Origin: Candidatus Hermodarchaeota archaeon
GTDB taxonomy: Archaea; Asgardarchaeota; Hermodarchaeia; Hermodarchaeales; Hermodarchaeaceae
Assembly: GCA_016839805.1 (NCBI GenBank)
Contig: JAEOTO010000032.1
Coordinates: 32,001 to 96,000, forward strand
Length of the DNA: 64,000 nt
Direction of reading: 5' to 3'
Under the pieces are notes generated by a model. That model saw only the letters and a list, made by a program, of their open reading frames with translations. It was not told the DNA's origin and ran no database searches. Below are positions 19,503-31,000 of the stretch, in pieces (the first letter of the stretch is position 1; every line of letters begins with the position of its first letter). Made by a program: the position numbers and the translations under genes.

Positions 19503-20069
19503 TTAATCGAGGTTGAATATGTCTTTCAATATCTTGCGAACGCAGGTAGTCAATTCCTCAATATTTTCCTCATTGACTAACATGATATCTGCTTGAGCAA
19601 AGATGCGACCTAATCCGATATCAAGCTCTCGGGCATCTCTTTCAAGGAAGACCTCTTTCGTAAAAGTATCATCAGCACGACCCCGTTTTTGTAAACGTTT
19701 GAATCGAATTTGCGGAGATGCATGAACAGCCACGACGGTAACAAAATGAAATGCCTCTTGAAACGCTCGAATTTCAGACTCACTCCGAGCCCCATCAATT
19801 ACAATATGAGAGCTGGAAACCTTCCGGATTTCATCAATACATCTTTCAGCAATAACGGCATCACCGAATTGCTCACGGAGTTCAAGCATAACAGTCCCCA
19901 GACTTTGAGGTGTAAGCGGGAGCTGCTGGCTAGTAACTTCTTTGCGAACCACATCTCCCATTACAAAGACTGGAATTTTTAGTTCCTTGGCCACAGTCGC
20001 ACCGATGGATTTTCCTGATCCTGGCATTCCACAAAAAACGACAGCATGTTTTACCTGCAATGCAACCAC
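19503..20069 (-). CDS. UPF0200 P-loop kinase (dephospho-CoA/adenylate kinase-like)
   Basis: GMPGSGKS, MGDVVR, IDGAR, RGRADD. Confidence 0.8.
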   Translation of the reverse strand: MVALQVKHAVVFCGMPGSGKSIGATVAKELKIPVFVMGDVVRKEVTSQQLPLTPQSLGTVMLELREQFGDAVIAERCIDEIRKVSSSHIVIDGARSESEIRAFQEAFHFVTVVAVHASPQIRFKRLQKRGRADDTFTKEVFLERDARELDIGLGRIFAQADIMLVNEENIEELTTCVRKILKDIFNLD

Positions 20070-20085
20070 AAGGGATGATTAAGGG

Positions 20086-21204
20086 TTATTTGTAAAGTTC
20101 CTTTTCTTTTAAAGATTTGATCACTTCTACATGTTTAAATGTGGACTCATTAAGTGAAGAGAGTCCATTTGAGAGGGCATGATGAAGAGCACCTTTTAAG
20201 ACGCGGTCCTTTAAGTCACGACCTGAATATCCTTCCGTACGCCGAGCAAGTGATTTAAGATCAGCCTCAATAGGCATTGGAAGAGTTGAAGCATATTTTT
20301 CTAGGATTTCAAGTCTCTGGTCGTAGTTTGGAAGTGGAAACTCGATTTCCTCTTCAAATCGACTTCTTAATGCAGGATCTAAAAATTCTCGGCTGTTAGT
20401 CGCTGCAATTACTACAACGCCTTCCTGATCCTCAACAAGGTCAAATTGAGAGATAAGTGAATTCACAACTTCTGTAACATCGCCACGTACGGATTGGAAA
20501 CCACGATCTAGCCCAATTGAGTCAATTTCATCAATAAACACGATGCAGGGTTTCTTACGGGTAATATCTTCAAAAAGCTTGTTGACTTTATCTGCTCCAG
20601 CACCTACATGCTGTCCAATAAGAGAAGTAGCTTTGATATAGAAGAACTCCGTTTGAGTTTCCCAGGCTAATGCCCGTGCGAGCATTGTTTTACCGGTTCC
20701 AGGGAATCCATAGAATAGAACACGTCGGGGAGCCCATTCTGCAAACCGGGAGGAATCAGCAATGTACTTTTGGATTATGAGGCATTTTGCCTTCGCGTTT
20801 TCATGTCCGATCACATCAGCAAATCCTATTTTTTTACCCTTACTTGGAATCAGGTCAGGTGGTTCGACAAGTCGTATCTTTGTTTCTGAAACGATGTGCG
20901 CTTCAGTGGGTACTACGGATACAACTTCAAAGGCAAAATCTGGTAGTAGTAATTGGTCGAAGAGGTAGTCATTGGGTTTGACTTTGATTCCTTGCCATTG
21001 ATCCACCGCATATGCACTGAAGAGTTTCTCATCCCGTATTCTTAAAAGTGGATTGACGGGGACATTATTAACTTCGAGGGGATAACCCGCAGGTCGTAAT
21101 ACGAGCTCCTTTGCTGGAACTATTTGCTGTGTAAGAGGATCTCCAGATGTTCGAGAGATTTCTGCAAGCGGTTTTCGTGAACGGGATGATTTCTTTGTCT
21201 TCAA
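20086..21204 (-). CDS. AAA+ ATPase (archaeal COG1223-like); start approximate
   Basis: LRPAGYP, WAPRRVLFYGFPGTGKT, FIDEID, LDPALRSRF. Confidence 0.85.
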   Translation of the reverse strand: MKTKKSSRSRKPLAEISRTSGDPLTQQIVPAKELVLRPAGYPLEVNNVPVNPLLRIRDEKLFSAYAVDQWQGIKVKPNDYLFDQLLLPDFAFEVVSVVPTEAHIVSETKIRLVEPPDLIPSKGKKIGFADVIGHENAKAKCLIIQKYIADSSRFAEWAPRRVLFYGFPGTGKTMLARALAWETQTEFFYIKATSLIGQHVGAGADKVNKLFEDITRKKPCIVFIDEIDSIGLDRGFQSVRGDVTEVVNSLISQFDLVEDQEGVVVIAATNSREFLDPALRSRFEEEIEFPLPNYDQRLEILEKYASTLPMPIEADLKSLARRTEGYSGRDLKDRVLKGALHHALSNGLSSLNESTFKHVEVIKSLKEKELYK

Positions 21205-21304
21205 CCAATCAATGCCTCCCAAAAGCGAGCTGTTGGCTTTTGGTAATGGAGAATGATATAAAGTTTCCTGCTGATTTAACGTAGAATCTCTGAGATGAGT
21301 AATT

Positions 21305-21874
21305 ATGTCGGCAATTCGATGTTTCATTGCTGTTGAGGTAGACGATGCCGCTGTGATACGACATATCCAGAAGATACAGCGAGAACTCTCCTCCAGTGGA
21401 GCTAGACTTAAACTAGTTGAACCGGAAAATCTGCATTTTACGCTCCATTTTCTTGGTAATATTGACGAACAACGAATCCCCGAATTGGCGAACATACTTA
21501 ATGAGATTGAAGGAGAAGCCTTTGATGTAGAATTAGTAGGTGTAGGATGTTTTCGTCCTCAACGTCCACGAGTTATCTGGATTGGGTGTACAACTGGTGC
21601 CGATCAACTTGTCAATCATCAACAGTTCCTGGGAAAACAACTTAGAACACATGGGTTTCCCTCTGAGAAGCGAAAATATTCACCACACCTCACCATTGTG
21701 AGAGTACGTAGCGGAGAGAATCGAGCTCAATTGATGAAGCTAGTAGATGAACATGCGAACCATAATTTTGGCACCTTCAAAGCTCATGCAATCAAATTAA
21801 AGAGAAGTACTCTTACCCCAAAGGGTTCTATTTATGATGATTTGGCTGTGCAGCAATTGAATGATGGTGATTAA
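21305..21874 (+). CDS. thpR: RNA 2',3'-cyclic phosphodiesterase (2H family)
   Basis: RCFIAVE with two HxT motifs (HFT, HLT). Confidence 0.92.
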   Translation: MSAIRCFIAVEVDDAAVIRHIQKIQRELSSSGARLKLVEPENLHFTLHFLGNIDEQRIPELANILNEIEGEAFDVELVGVGCFRPQRPRVIWIGCTTGADQLVNHQQFLGKQLRTHGFPSEKRKYSPHLTIVRVRSGENRAQLMKLVDEHANHNFGTFKAHAIKLKRSTLTPKGSIYDDLAVQQLNDGD

Positions 21875-21912
21875 TTTCCGATCCGAACAACAGTGGGTGG
21901 AGGTTTGACTCG

Positions 21913-22929
21913 ATGAAGATTCTTGTAACTGGTGCGACGGGATTCATTGGTCGTAAACTGGTAAGGAAGTTAATCAAAGAGGGACATGAGGTCTCTGCAC
22001 TAGTCAGAAGAACAAGTGATGTCCGTGAACTTCCGAAAAGACTTCGTTTAATTGAAGGGGACATGCTAGATTTACGTTCTTTACAAGAAGCCATACAAAA
22101 TAAGGAAATCGTGGTGCATCTTGCTGCTTATTTTGATTTTTACCCGAAAGATAAAGAATTACTATATCGGGTGAATGTGGATGGCACTCAAAACATTCTT
22201 GATGTGAGTGTAGCATCGTCGGTTTCGCGTTTCATTTATATTTCCACAACAGAGGTAATTGGTCCGGTAAAAGAGCCCCCTGCAACAGAAGAGACGGAAT
22301 TACGTCCCCAGTTTGATTATTCAAAAAGTAAGATCCAAGCAGAAGAACTTGTTCGAGCCACGACAGCTAAAACAGGGCTTGAACATGTTATACTTCGATC
22401 CACGGGAATAATGGGAGAAGGAGACTTTTATACGGCTTTTGAAGCAATTGAAGCGGTTAATGAACGCCAAATCCCACTGCTCCCGGGAGACGGAAAAAAG
22501 CATATTATGTACATTCATATCGATGATGTAGTTCGAGGAATAATTGCCGCTATAGATGCTAAACCTGCAACAAATCAAACCATAATCCTCTGTCCCGATG
22601 AACCCATGACTTGGAATGATCTCTTCGAATTCTTGGGAAAAACTCTGGGAGTAGACCCACCACGTCGCAAAATTCCTACAGCTCTAGCAAAGTTAGGAAT
22701 TGGAATTCTTAGCCCATTCAAAAACCGAGGAAAAAATACCTTCCTGTGGCACATGAAAACGACACAGAGTATGGATGAAGAACGCTGGTATTCGAATGAA
22801 AAGGCGAAAACCCTTCTTAGCTGGGCACCTCAAATCACCATGCAGGAAGGTTTGATCCGCACGATAAACTGGTATTATGAACATGGCCATCTCGATAATA
22901 AACACCTGAAAAATGACACCAATAAGTAA
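21913..22929 (+). CDS. NAD-dependent epimerase/dehydratase
   Basis: GATGFIG, HLAA, YSKSK. Confidence 0.9.
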   Translation: MKILVTGATGFIGRKLVRKLIKEGHEVSALVRRTSDVRELPKRLRLIEGDMLDLRSLQEAIQNKEIVVHLAAYFDFYPKDKELLYRVNVDGTQNILDVSVASSVSRFIYISTTEVIGPVKEPPATEETELRPQFDYSKSKIQAEELVRATTAKTGLEHVILRSTGIMGEGDFYTAFEAIEAVNERQIPLLPGDGKKHIMYIHIDDVVRGIIAAIDAKPATNQTIILCPDEPMTWNDLFEFLGKTLGVDPPRRKIPTALAKLGIGILSPFKNRGKNTFLWHMKTTQSMDEERWYSNEKAKTLLSWAPQITMQEGLIRTINWYYEHGHLDNKHLKNDTNK

Positions 22930-23030
22930 ATACTCCAACTTCTAATCCATACTCAATCGCAAGAGCATTAGTTATTTTTCTTTAGAGAAAAGGAATTAAA
23001 AGGACGAGTGAAGTTTAGAGACAAGTTCGT

Positions 23031-23163
23031 GGGCCGGTGGTCTAGATCCCACTCGGCAAACGCCCATGGCTAGATTGGTATGATGCCTGCCTGGGGCGTG
23101 GTTTATCAAAAAGGTAAATCCCCTATCAGGTGATCCCGCGTTCAAATCGCGGCCGGCCCACCA
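23031..23163 (+). tRNA. tRNA-Pro(GGG) with two 28-nt BHB introns (23048-23075 in the D-loop; 23099-23126 at 39/40)
   Basis: GGGCCGG/CCGGCCC acceptor stem and CCA. Splicing both BHBs gives the anticodon arm CCTGC-CTGGGGC-GCAGG. Confidence 0.88.
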
Positions 23164-23182
23164 TTCCATTCTTCCTAATATT

Positions 23183-24247
23183 TCACTTACTGATCTTCCA
23201 CCAGGGTTTGAGGGCTTTCTTCGTCTCCGCGAGTAACATTGTAATGTATTTTTTAATTCGGGAGTCTTCGGTTGGTGGTTTTTCCGAAACAGGGTCGCCA
23301 TGACCACTCATAGCAACAAGTGTGTTGTAAATTGATTCTGAGAGAGCTCGAAGCTCATAACCGCCTTCGAGAAACATGACTGTCTGCCCTTTAGAGATTT
23401 TTTGAGCGAGTTCCATCACAAGTTGCGTCGCTTTGAAATAAGCTGTGGCACTGAACTGAAGGTTTGTCTGATAATCACGAAAATGACCATCGTACCCAGC
23501 GGAGACAAGAATAGCTGTTGGTTGAAATTGTTCAACTATAGGAGGAAATATTGTGGATAGGGCCTGGAGGAAAGAAAGATCGGTTGTTCCTGGAGGGAGA
23601 GGAAGGTTGACAGTATATCCTCTGCCTGGTCCTTCGCCAAGTTCATCTGTATACCCCGAATAGCCTGGATATAATGTGCGGCCATCCTGATGAAAGCCGA
23701 GATATAGGGTGTTGGATTCGGTGTAATGGATTTCTTGGGACCCATTCCCATGATGAGCATCAATATCAAGAATTAACACCCGACTATCTGGTATAGTGGT
23801 TGTGATGTGACGAGCCAACACTGAAATGTTATTAAAAAGACAAAATCCCCGGGCTGATTGAGCGTTAGCATGGTGTCCGGGTGGACGAATTAATGCGAAG
23901 GCATTTTTGAGGTTTCCAGCCTGTATTTCTTGCCATGCTTTGATTCCTGCACCTGCCGCAAGTAGTGCAGCAGTAAAGGATCCCTTTGATGTACGGGTAT
24001 CAGCGTCTAATCGGGCTTCTCGATCTGATGCGTTGTGGATGAGATCAATGTAGTCTTTGGGATGGACCTGTTCCAAATCAGATAAGGTTACAGCAGGAGG
24101 TTTTTGCAGTGTAATATTGACATCGTCAAAGACTTTTCGTTCCTTGAGATACTTCATGACTGCCGTCAGACGTTCAGGTCGTTCGGGGTGCCCATATCCC
24201 ATGTCATGTTTCAAGCAATCAGGATGGTAGAATAAACCAGTCGTCAA
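23183..24247 (-). CDS. Histone deacetylase-family (Zn-dependent) deacetylase
   Basis: HPERPERL, RPPGHHA, GFCLFNN, DIDAHHGNG, LEGGY. Confidence 0.93.
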   Translation of the reverse strand: MTTGLFYHPDCLKHDMGYGHPERPERLTAVMKYLKERKVFDDVNITLQKPPAVTLSDLEQVHPKDYIDLIHNASDREARLDADTRTSKGSFTAALLAAGAGIKAWQEIQAGNLKNAFALIRPPGHHANAQSARGFCLFNNISVLARHITTTIPDSRVLILDIDAHHGNGSQEIHYTESNTLYLGFHQDGRTLYPGYSGYTDELGEGPGRGYTVNLPLPPGTTDLSFLQALSTIFPPIVEQFQPTAILVSAGYDGHFRDYQTNLQFSATAYFKATQLVMELAQKISKGQTVMFLEGGYELRALSESIYNTLVAMSGHGDPVSEKPPTEDSRIKKYITMLLAETKKALKPWWKISK

Positions 24248-24275
24248 AGAGTAATCCTCACGCTAACCAACTTAT

Positions 24276-27200
24276 TTAATCAAGAGTAAGTTGTGTTTGA
24301 CGTGTGGTTTGGCGCTGCGTTGCCTTTAATGCTTGTTCATCTTCGGGTTTGATAGCTCCACCGCATTGTTGTTTAATTGATTTGGCGATTTGAGCTCCAA
24401 TGGTTGGAATCGCTGCAAGTTGTGCGATGGGTGCATCTCGAATTCGATTCTGCGATATGAAGCCAGCTCGGAATAAGAATCGTGCGCGAACCCGACCGAT
24501 ACCTTGGAGCTCAACTAATTCAGTTAATTCACGTCTCACCCCGTATCTTAACCGTAGCTCAAGCTCTTCTAACTCCGGAATTACTTCTTTGTGATTAAAA
24601 ATTGGGGCTAGTTCACGACACGCATATAGGATCCAAGCTTGTGTATCTACTAGTCGAAGTAGGTCCCCCGAGCCGATTTTGAATTGGTTAATGAGTTGAT
24701 CTTCAGGGAGCTCTTCAACCCAAGCCTTTGCTAGAAGAGCCGTTTTCACTTCGGCAAGAAAGAATTCATAACGATCTCGGTGGTAACGCGGATCAGGAAC
24801 CGAGATTAAAAATTCGTCGATGTGTTCAATGACATAATCATGAAATCGCTCATCTTCTCCACGGCGGAGATAGAGGTTGGCCATATCAGGTGTGTGACAG
24901 ATTAAGTGTAAAAAGGAGACGTCTGTGGTTTGGTCCATGTTGTTTGAAGCTTTGGCAAGCCCATCGCGAATGATCACTGCAGACTTGGGATCGATGTACA
25001 ATTGTGAGGTTCGTCGACCAAAGGAAGTTGCGAATAATCGTTTATTTCGCTGTTCTAACAAAGCTTCATCCTTAAGGAATTTAACAATCAAGTCAATCAT
25101 GTATTCGACTTCGTCAGGGTCCCGTTGGTGACCGAAGAAGGTTTGTCGAATGAAGTTCATGATGCCTTCCTTATCAGAGGCATAATTCATTGCAATCGTT
25201 GAAAGGACATGACTGCGAAGTGCAGATTCGCTTGCAAGTTTGGAAGTTATACTCTCAGGATTTCCAAGGATGTAGTAATCGAGAAGAAAATCCCGTTCTC
25301 CTTCGTTCCGAGCCAAAAGAATTGCAGTGCCCTTTTTGTCGTATTTTGGTCGACCCGCGCGTCCAGCCATTTGTTTGTATTCTAAAACTGGAATGGGTTG
25401 GTAGCCTTCTATTCGGTCAAACCGTCGATATTCTTGGATAATTACCACACGCGCTGGAAGATTAACACCTGCCGAATTATGAACGATGAATCCGTTAGCT
25501 ACAAACATATGATCGTGGTTATTTGAAGGGGGCAGAACAACGTCAAATACTGTTGAAGCCGCGTTGACTGTTTTTATTTCTCGAATCTTATCCCAAAAAA
25601 TGTCGTTATCCAGATCTTTTGATCGCCAGTTTCCTCTCAGTGTTCTTTCTAATTCAGTCTGGCATAAAGGGCAATGACTCTTTCGATAAAAATTCGATAG
25701 GTCTTGATTCTTTACTAAATAGTTTGAATATATCCATTTTCCAATTTCATTGAGGCTCCAAAACCATTCCGTTTTGCTTCGTTTCCCAATCTTACGCCTG
25801 GAAATTAACTCATAATGATGGTTTAATCTAGTCTCAGGTTTCCTTGGTTTGAAGCTTAAGGCACTTTCAATCTCATTTGATCCTAATTCCCCTTTTTCAC
25901 CAAGAAGTTTAATTACCGCATACTTTTTCTTTCCCCATTCTTTTTGACTCTTTGAACGACCAAAAAATAGTGATTTGAAAATTCGATAATCGCAGCTAGG
26001 ACAAGCGATGTATAAGACGTTTTTTTGTATCTTAGAAACTAGCTTTTGTAAATCAGTAGCCTTTCTTTTGATTCCAAATCCTATGTACTTTTGAAAATCT
26101 AATATCGACTGATTTTGGCTAATTAGTAACTCAAAACTCGGTTTTGTTGCATACTCTTTTTGCGCATATCTCATTATTCCCTTTTTTCGCGACCTAAGCC
26201 GAGACACAATTCCAAAGCGCAGAAGTAATTTCTTTGATTGCATTATTAGTTCTTTTGAGGAATTGCCTAACCCAATTTCCTTTTCCTTTACGACGTACCC
26301 ATCAGTATCATAAAGACCACGCAGAAGAGCTGCGATGGATGAATTATCTGTTTTCATTAGTTTTGGATGGATGTATTTCTTATTTCCTTTCTCAACTCCA
26401 CAACGGACTAAAAATTCCCTAAACCACTTATTCTTCCCTAAAACTAGCTCCGGAATTCCATAGGTATTAATTCCTCTTCGAGTAGAGATAGAGAAGGCAT
26501 CACAGGTTTGCTTAACATGAGCAAGAATTTCATCACCTAACCCAACAATAGAAGGCGCGCCCTTGTACCTGATTACGCCCCCATCGCTTTCAGCCCCCGA
26601 ATGACCATCTCCTAACATTAAACCCAAAAAATATGAAAGGTCTAGAGTTATTTCGTAATCTTGCTTGGCAGTTTTATTATCAATCACAAAATCTCTCACA
26701 TAGCATGTGAAATGTTTTTGAAGTGACACCCTTCTCGCTGTGGCTAGTTTATCGTGTTTCTTAATCTCTTTAGCTGGAATAATTAATCGTTTGTTATCTC
26801 TTTTTACTAACATACGATGATTTTGAGTGATTTGTATATGATATCCTGATACAGATGAGACCTCAATGAGTGATTCAGAATTTTCCAAACTAACAATATC
26901 AGTCGCTTTTCCTGGAACAAGCCTGTTTTTTGATAGGACGTAGAGTTGATCTGTGTTTTTGAATTCCGTTACTTTAGTTTCTTCAAGTTCATGCCAAATT
27001 TCGGTGTTGGGACCTAAACAAAGGGTCGGAGTGGCGCATACTACTTTAATTAGATTGTTTCGAAATGCTTCTTCGATGAGTTTGCGTTCTGAATAACGTA
27101 ATCCAGCATGATGAAACGCTACTCCAGCCCGAATATTTCGGGCGAGGGCCTCAGATACCTGGGTGACTTCCCCTAAATGAAGCAGGTTTTCAGCGAGATC

Positions 27201-28085
27201 TCCTAATTGTTCTTGTTCACCTTTCTTGAGTCGAGGAGCAACGACAGAGCTTAGTTTCTGGGCGGTTCTTACTGCTGTACGGCGTGTGTTAAGAAATGCC
27301 AGAAGTTGCCCTTTTTTTCGAAGCACGCGACGTGTGATATCTCCGATAGGGAAGGTCGTTGAGGGTGAGTAGCTTTCCTCTCTGTCATCACCAAAGAGTA
27401 CTTTGCCCTCATAATAGACGCCTTCGCGGAGAGCAACTGGACGCCAATCACTTACTACTGAATCTCCGTTGAGCCATTCAGCTAGTTCTTCTGCATTATC
27501 CACAGTAGCACTTAGGGCCAGAATTTGGACCTTTGGAGCTATTTGGCGTAATCTCGCAAGTACAACTTCTAAGGTAGGACCACGCCCAGGATCATTAATG
27601 AGATGGACTTCGTCAGCAATGACTATTGCGATCTGAGACATCCACTTAGCACGGTGGCGAAGGAGTGAATCTGCACGTTCGTTTGTACATATCAATAGGT
27701 CATAGGTGCCATACTTTTCTTCAACAGTATCATAATCCCCAGTTGTGATTCCAACATTTACGCCCAGCTTCGAATATGATTGGAATTCTTCATACTTCTC
27801 TGAGGCAAGTGCCCGTAAAGGGCAAAGGTAGAGAGCCTTTCCCCCCTTTTCTAGTATTGATTTGAGCATACAGAATTCAGCGATGAGAGTTTTACCCGAA
27901 GCTGTTGGTATAGCTAAAACTACATTCTTCCCCTCAAGTATCCCCGTTTTGAGAGCTTCTTCTTGAGGAGGATACAAAGTAGAAATTCCTTTCTCCTGGA
28001 AGTATTCCTTGATACGGTTTTCTAAAGGTAAATCAGCAACCCGTTTAATCTCATTATCCCACCTAAGGCAATTAACTTCCAGCAA
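24276..28085 (-). CDS. hel308: Hel308/Hjm Ski2-like helicase containing an intein
   Basis: PTASGKT, DEVH, FHHAGL, ATPTL|SAGVNLPA, QMAGRAGR, C-terminal GIGRVRAR. Confidence 0.93.
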   Translation of the reverse strand: MLEVNCLRWDNEIKRVADLPLENRIKEYFQEKGISTLYPPQEEALKTGILEGKNVVLAIPTASGKTLIAEFCMLKSILEKGGKALYLCPLRALASEKYEEFQSYSKLGVNVGITTGDYDTVEEKYGTYDLLICTNERADSLLRHRAKWMSQIAIVIADEVHLINDPGRGPTLEVVLARLRQIAPKVQILALSATVDNAEELAEWLNGDSVVSDWRPVALREGVYYEGKVLFGDDREESYSPSTTFPIGDITRRVLRKKGQLLAFLNTRRTAVRTAQKLSSVVAPRLKKGEQEQLGDLAENLLHLGEVTQVSEALARNIRAGVAFHHAGLRYSERKLIEEAFRNNLIKVVCATPTLCLGPNTEIWHELEETKVTEFKNTDQLYVLSKNRLVPGKATDIVSLENSESLIEVSSVSGYHIQITQNHRMLVKRDNKRLIIPAKEIKKHDKLATARRVSLQKHFTCYVRDFVIDNKTAKQDYEITLDLSYFLGLMLGDGHSGAESDGGVIRYKGAPSIVGLGDEILAHVKQTCDAFSISTRRGINTYGIPELVLGKNKWFREFLVRCGVEKGNKKYIHPKLMKTDNSSIAALLRGLYDTDGYVVKEKEIGLGNSSKELIMQSKKLLLRFGIVSRLRSRKKGIMRYAQKEYATKPSFELLISQNQSILDFQKYIGFGIKRKATDLQKLVSKIQKNVLYIACPSCDYRIFKSLFFGRSKSQKEWGKKKYAVIKLLGEKGELGSNEIESALSFKPRKPETRLNHHYELISRRKIGKRSKTEWFWSLNEIGKWIYSNYLVKNQDLSNFYRKSHCPLCQTELERTLRGNWRSKDLDNDIFWDKIREIKTVNAASTVFDVVLPPSNNHDHMFVANGFIVHNSAGVNLPARVVIIQEYRRFDRIEGYQPIPVLEYKQMAGRAGRPKYDKKGTAILLARNEGERDFLLDYYILGNPESITSKLASESALRSHVLSTIAMNYASDKEGIMNFIRQTFFGHQRDPDEVEYMIDLIVKFLKDEALLEQRNKRLFATSFGRRTSQLYIDPKSAVIIRDGLAKASNNMDQTTDVSFLHLICHTPDMANLYLRRGEDERFHDYVIEHIDEFLISVPDPRYHRDRYEFFLAEVKTALLAKAWVEELPEDQLINQFKIGSGDLLRLVDTQAWILYACRELAPIFNHKEVIPELEELELRLRYGVRRELTELVELQGIGRVRARFLFRAGFISQNRIRDAPIAQLAAIPTIGAQIAKSIKQQCGGAIKPEDEQALKATQRQTTRQTQLTLD
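25476..27020 (-). mobile_element. Intein (515 aa) with LAGLIDADG homing endonuclease in Hel308
   Basis: Starts CLGPNTEI, ends FVANGFIVHN/S; motifs FLGLMLGDG and LLRGLYDTDG. Confidence 0.93.
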
Positions 28086-31000
28086 AGCGAAGAATTCCGG
28101 GTCGGGGTGAATAGATTTCTCCTTCTTTGACTAATTGATTTATGGCTTCTTGAACAAACGTCTCTGAGAGATTCGCGAGTTTTGCCCGTTCCATTAATTT
28201 CTCAATAGGCACGCCAGTAGGAGATTCTTTAGCGAGATCTCGAATCATCATCAAAATCGCTCGTAGTTTTTCACGCTGTGATCTGGGGCGGCCAATCATA
28301 ATATTATCAACATCATATTCTCCAGTTTCATGGTCGAAGCCAACCTGTTGGAGTGAAACTTGGACCAAACGAATCGCAGCCTGCGCATCCTCAACGATGA
28401 CTTTTTCCCGTAACGCCATTTTCGCATGGGCCTCAGCCAACCGAATTAGCGATTCCAGTTGACGGGCTGTAATTGGTACAGGTGCATTTTCCCGTTCGCC
28501 AGATTTTCGCATCCCAAGATAGAACTCCTTCACCACATTCAACGCCTCATCCGTTAGCTCAGGACTAATACTCCGACGCGCAAAGGCAATATACTTCCGA
28601 AGCAACTCACCCGGAATCGGCGGATCCTTCACACCGCCTCTTTGCTTATGCAACGCAATAATATGCTCCGCCGTCCGCTCATCCCTCTCCGATTCCGGCA
28701 AATCAGTCAACGTAAAAATCAGATCAAACCGCGACAAAAGCGTCACCGGCAAATTCACATTCTCCGCAAACGACCGCTCCGGCACATACCGCCCAAGATT
28801 CGGATTCGCCGCCGCCAAAATCGCCGTCCGCGCATTCAACGTCGCCACAATCCCCGCCTTGGCTATACTCACGGTATGTTGTTCCATCGATTCATGTATA
28901 GCCGTTCGATCTTGAGGACGCATCTTATCAAATTCATCAATACAGTTGTGCGTGATTAAGCCATCAGCAAGAAAGTTATGCGTTTTGGGGACGTAGAGAT
29001 CGTAGACTGGTCCGATGTAAGGTATTTCTTCGATTGACATTATTGGATCTAGGAAATAGTCTCGTTTCAGAAGATTATTGATTATTTCATGTTGGGATAA
29101 GGAGAGTTGGTTTTCTAAACGTGTTTGGATTTTTTGTAATTGTCCTCTACTTGGCGAATAACGTTGATGTTTATAGCTGTATATAGTACTCCAGAGCCCC
29201 TTCTTTATCAACATTGATGTATTCAGTTTTGAGATCTGAGTAGCTAGCTGTGCAACAGTCTTACTGGGGATTTTGTCACTTAAACTAGACAGCGTTCGTT
29301 TTGGCGAGGGGAGGGGTTTCACTTTTACACTAAAGGGTTTAATTGCAGAAAGTAATGCTTCAACATCTGTCCTAGCAGTTATTTGGATATGGATAACCCC
29401 ACGTCCCGGTTTAAGACGTCCATAGCAATCGAACCGTCTCAGGGCGAGAAGCAATGCTAGATTTTCACGCCGGTCATTAGAGCACTGAATATCAATATGA
29501 ACCGTATTATATTCAGAACTATTGCGGGTATCCCGTTTAATTTCGATACATCCATCAGAGTCTACAATTCCTGCAAGATATGCAGAAAGTGAGAGATCAG
29601 GCAACTTGTGAAGATTTGAAAGATGATCTTTTGTTAAGAAATTGAAGATGAGAGCAAGGAGGTTTGAATGAGCAGTTAATGTTAGAGAATTACTTAGAAC
29701 TATACGATCTTCGATTTTGTTTTTGGTTACACGTGGATAAATTCTTAGTGAACGATTTGAGAAAGTGGAATAAAATTCTTGTATGCGTTTGATTTGGGCT
29801 TGATTCACAATAGATTGACGAATAGGTAATACTGATCGCCGATTATTAATTCGTTCCCAACTATCTCCGAACACAAACCCGAAGAAATAGGCCATTTCAG
29901 GTGTAATTGTTGAGACTTTTAGCCGATCACCCTTATGTTTCCGTCCGAAGGATAAATTACGTTTCTTCCAATCTTCAAGAAGACCAAGGTATGCCAATAT
30001 TTCGCGTAATGAACTAACCTTCATTTGAGAACGGCCAGATAAAACATCTCTTCGTAACCCAAAGAACCGGTTTATGCTCGCAAGAGATGGAAAGTCACAC
30101 AAAAGTGCATCCCGTAATTCGGTTTTCTCAGATTTGTTAAGGCACACAATCCAATCATCTGGAATTATATCGAATATTTGAACTGGATTCTTATGCCCTG
30201 GCAATTTGAGAGGTGCGATTAGAGAGTCACCCGTTTTAAAGTTCTGTGCCATCTTCCAGTCTAGTGAAGCTCCATCTAATAGCATATGATCGGGCGTTAA
30301 TATTGTTTGAAATCCAGTTTCGGTCGTAATTTTTAGGAGTGCATCTGAACATTCTTTTTTGCGAATATAAGTCGACTTGCACTCAATTATGTCTAAACTT
30401 TTTGTAAGCGAAGGAACCTTGGCATCAATCTCCCCAATCATAACTTTTTTTCCATTCGATATGGCACTCTTGGGGGTAGTTGTTGTATAGGCTTCTTCTA
30501 TTGTCATTAATTGATTATTAATCAAGATACGAGAACTGGGATGAAGGCACGCGGTTCCGCGATCGGCGAGTACGAGGGCACCGGCTTCGAGGGCGAAGCC
30601 TTCGGTATCTGGATCTCGTAACACTGCGGCGGTTAACCCGGCTGCAGTGGAACCTTTACCTGATGTGTATAATCCGCGTGGAGCAATTTGGGCTACATAC
30701 TTGAGAAGTTGTGATTTTGCGGTTCCGGGGTCCCCTACGAGGAGGATGTTGGAGTCGCCGCGGATTTTGACGCCGTCGGCGAGGACTTTGCTGACGCCTC
30801 CGAATAGGAGGAGGCTGATTGCTTCTTTGATGTCGGTGAGGCCGTAGATGGAGGGGGCGATGGAGTTGACGAGTTTGCGGTGTACTAGGGGGTCTTTGGA
30901 GAGTTTGAGGATTTCTTTTTCTTCTTTGGGAGTGATTTCGACGCGGTCGGCTTCGCGTTCGGAGACGGCGATGTAGTTGGTGGCGAGGAAGACGCTAAAT

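Noticed and set aside
21205-21495. N-terminal extension of the AAA ATPase ORF overlapping thpR
   Set aside because: Antisense read-through; homology and a Shine-Dalgarno point to a start near 21204
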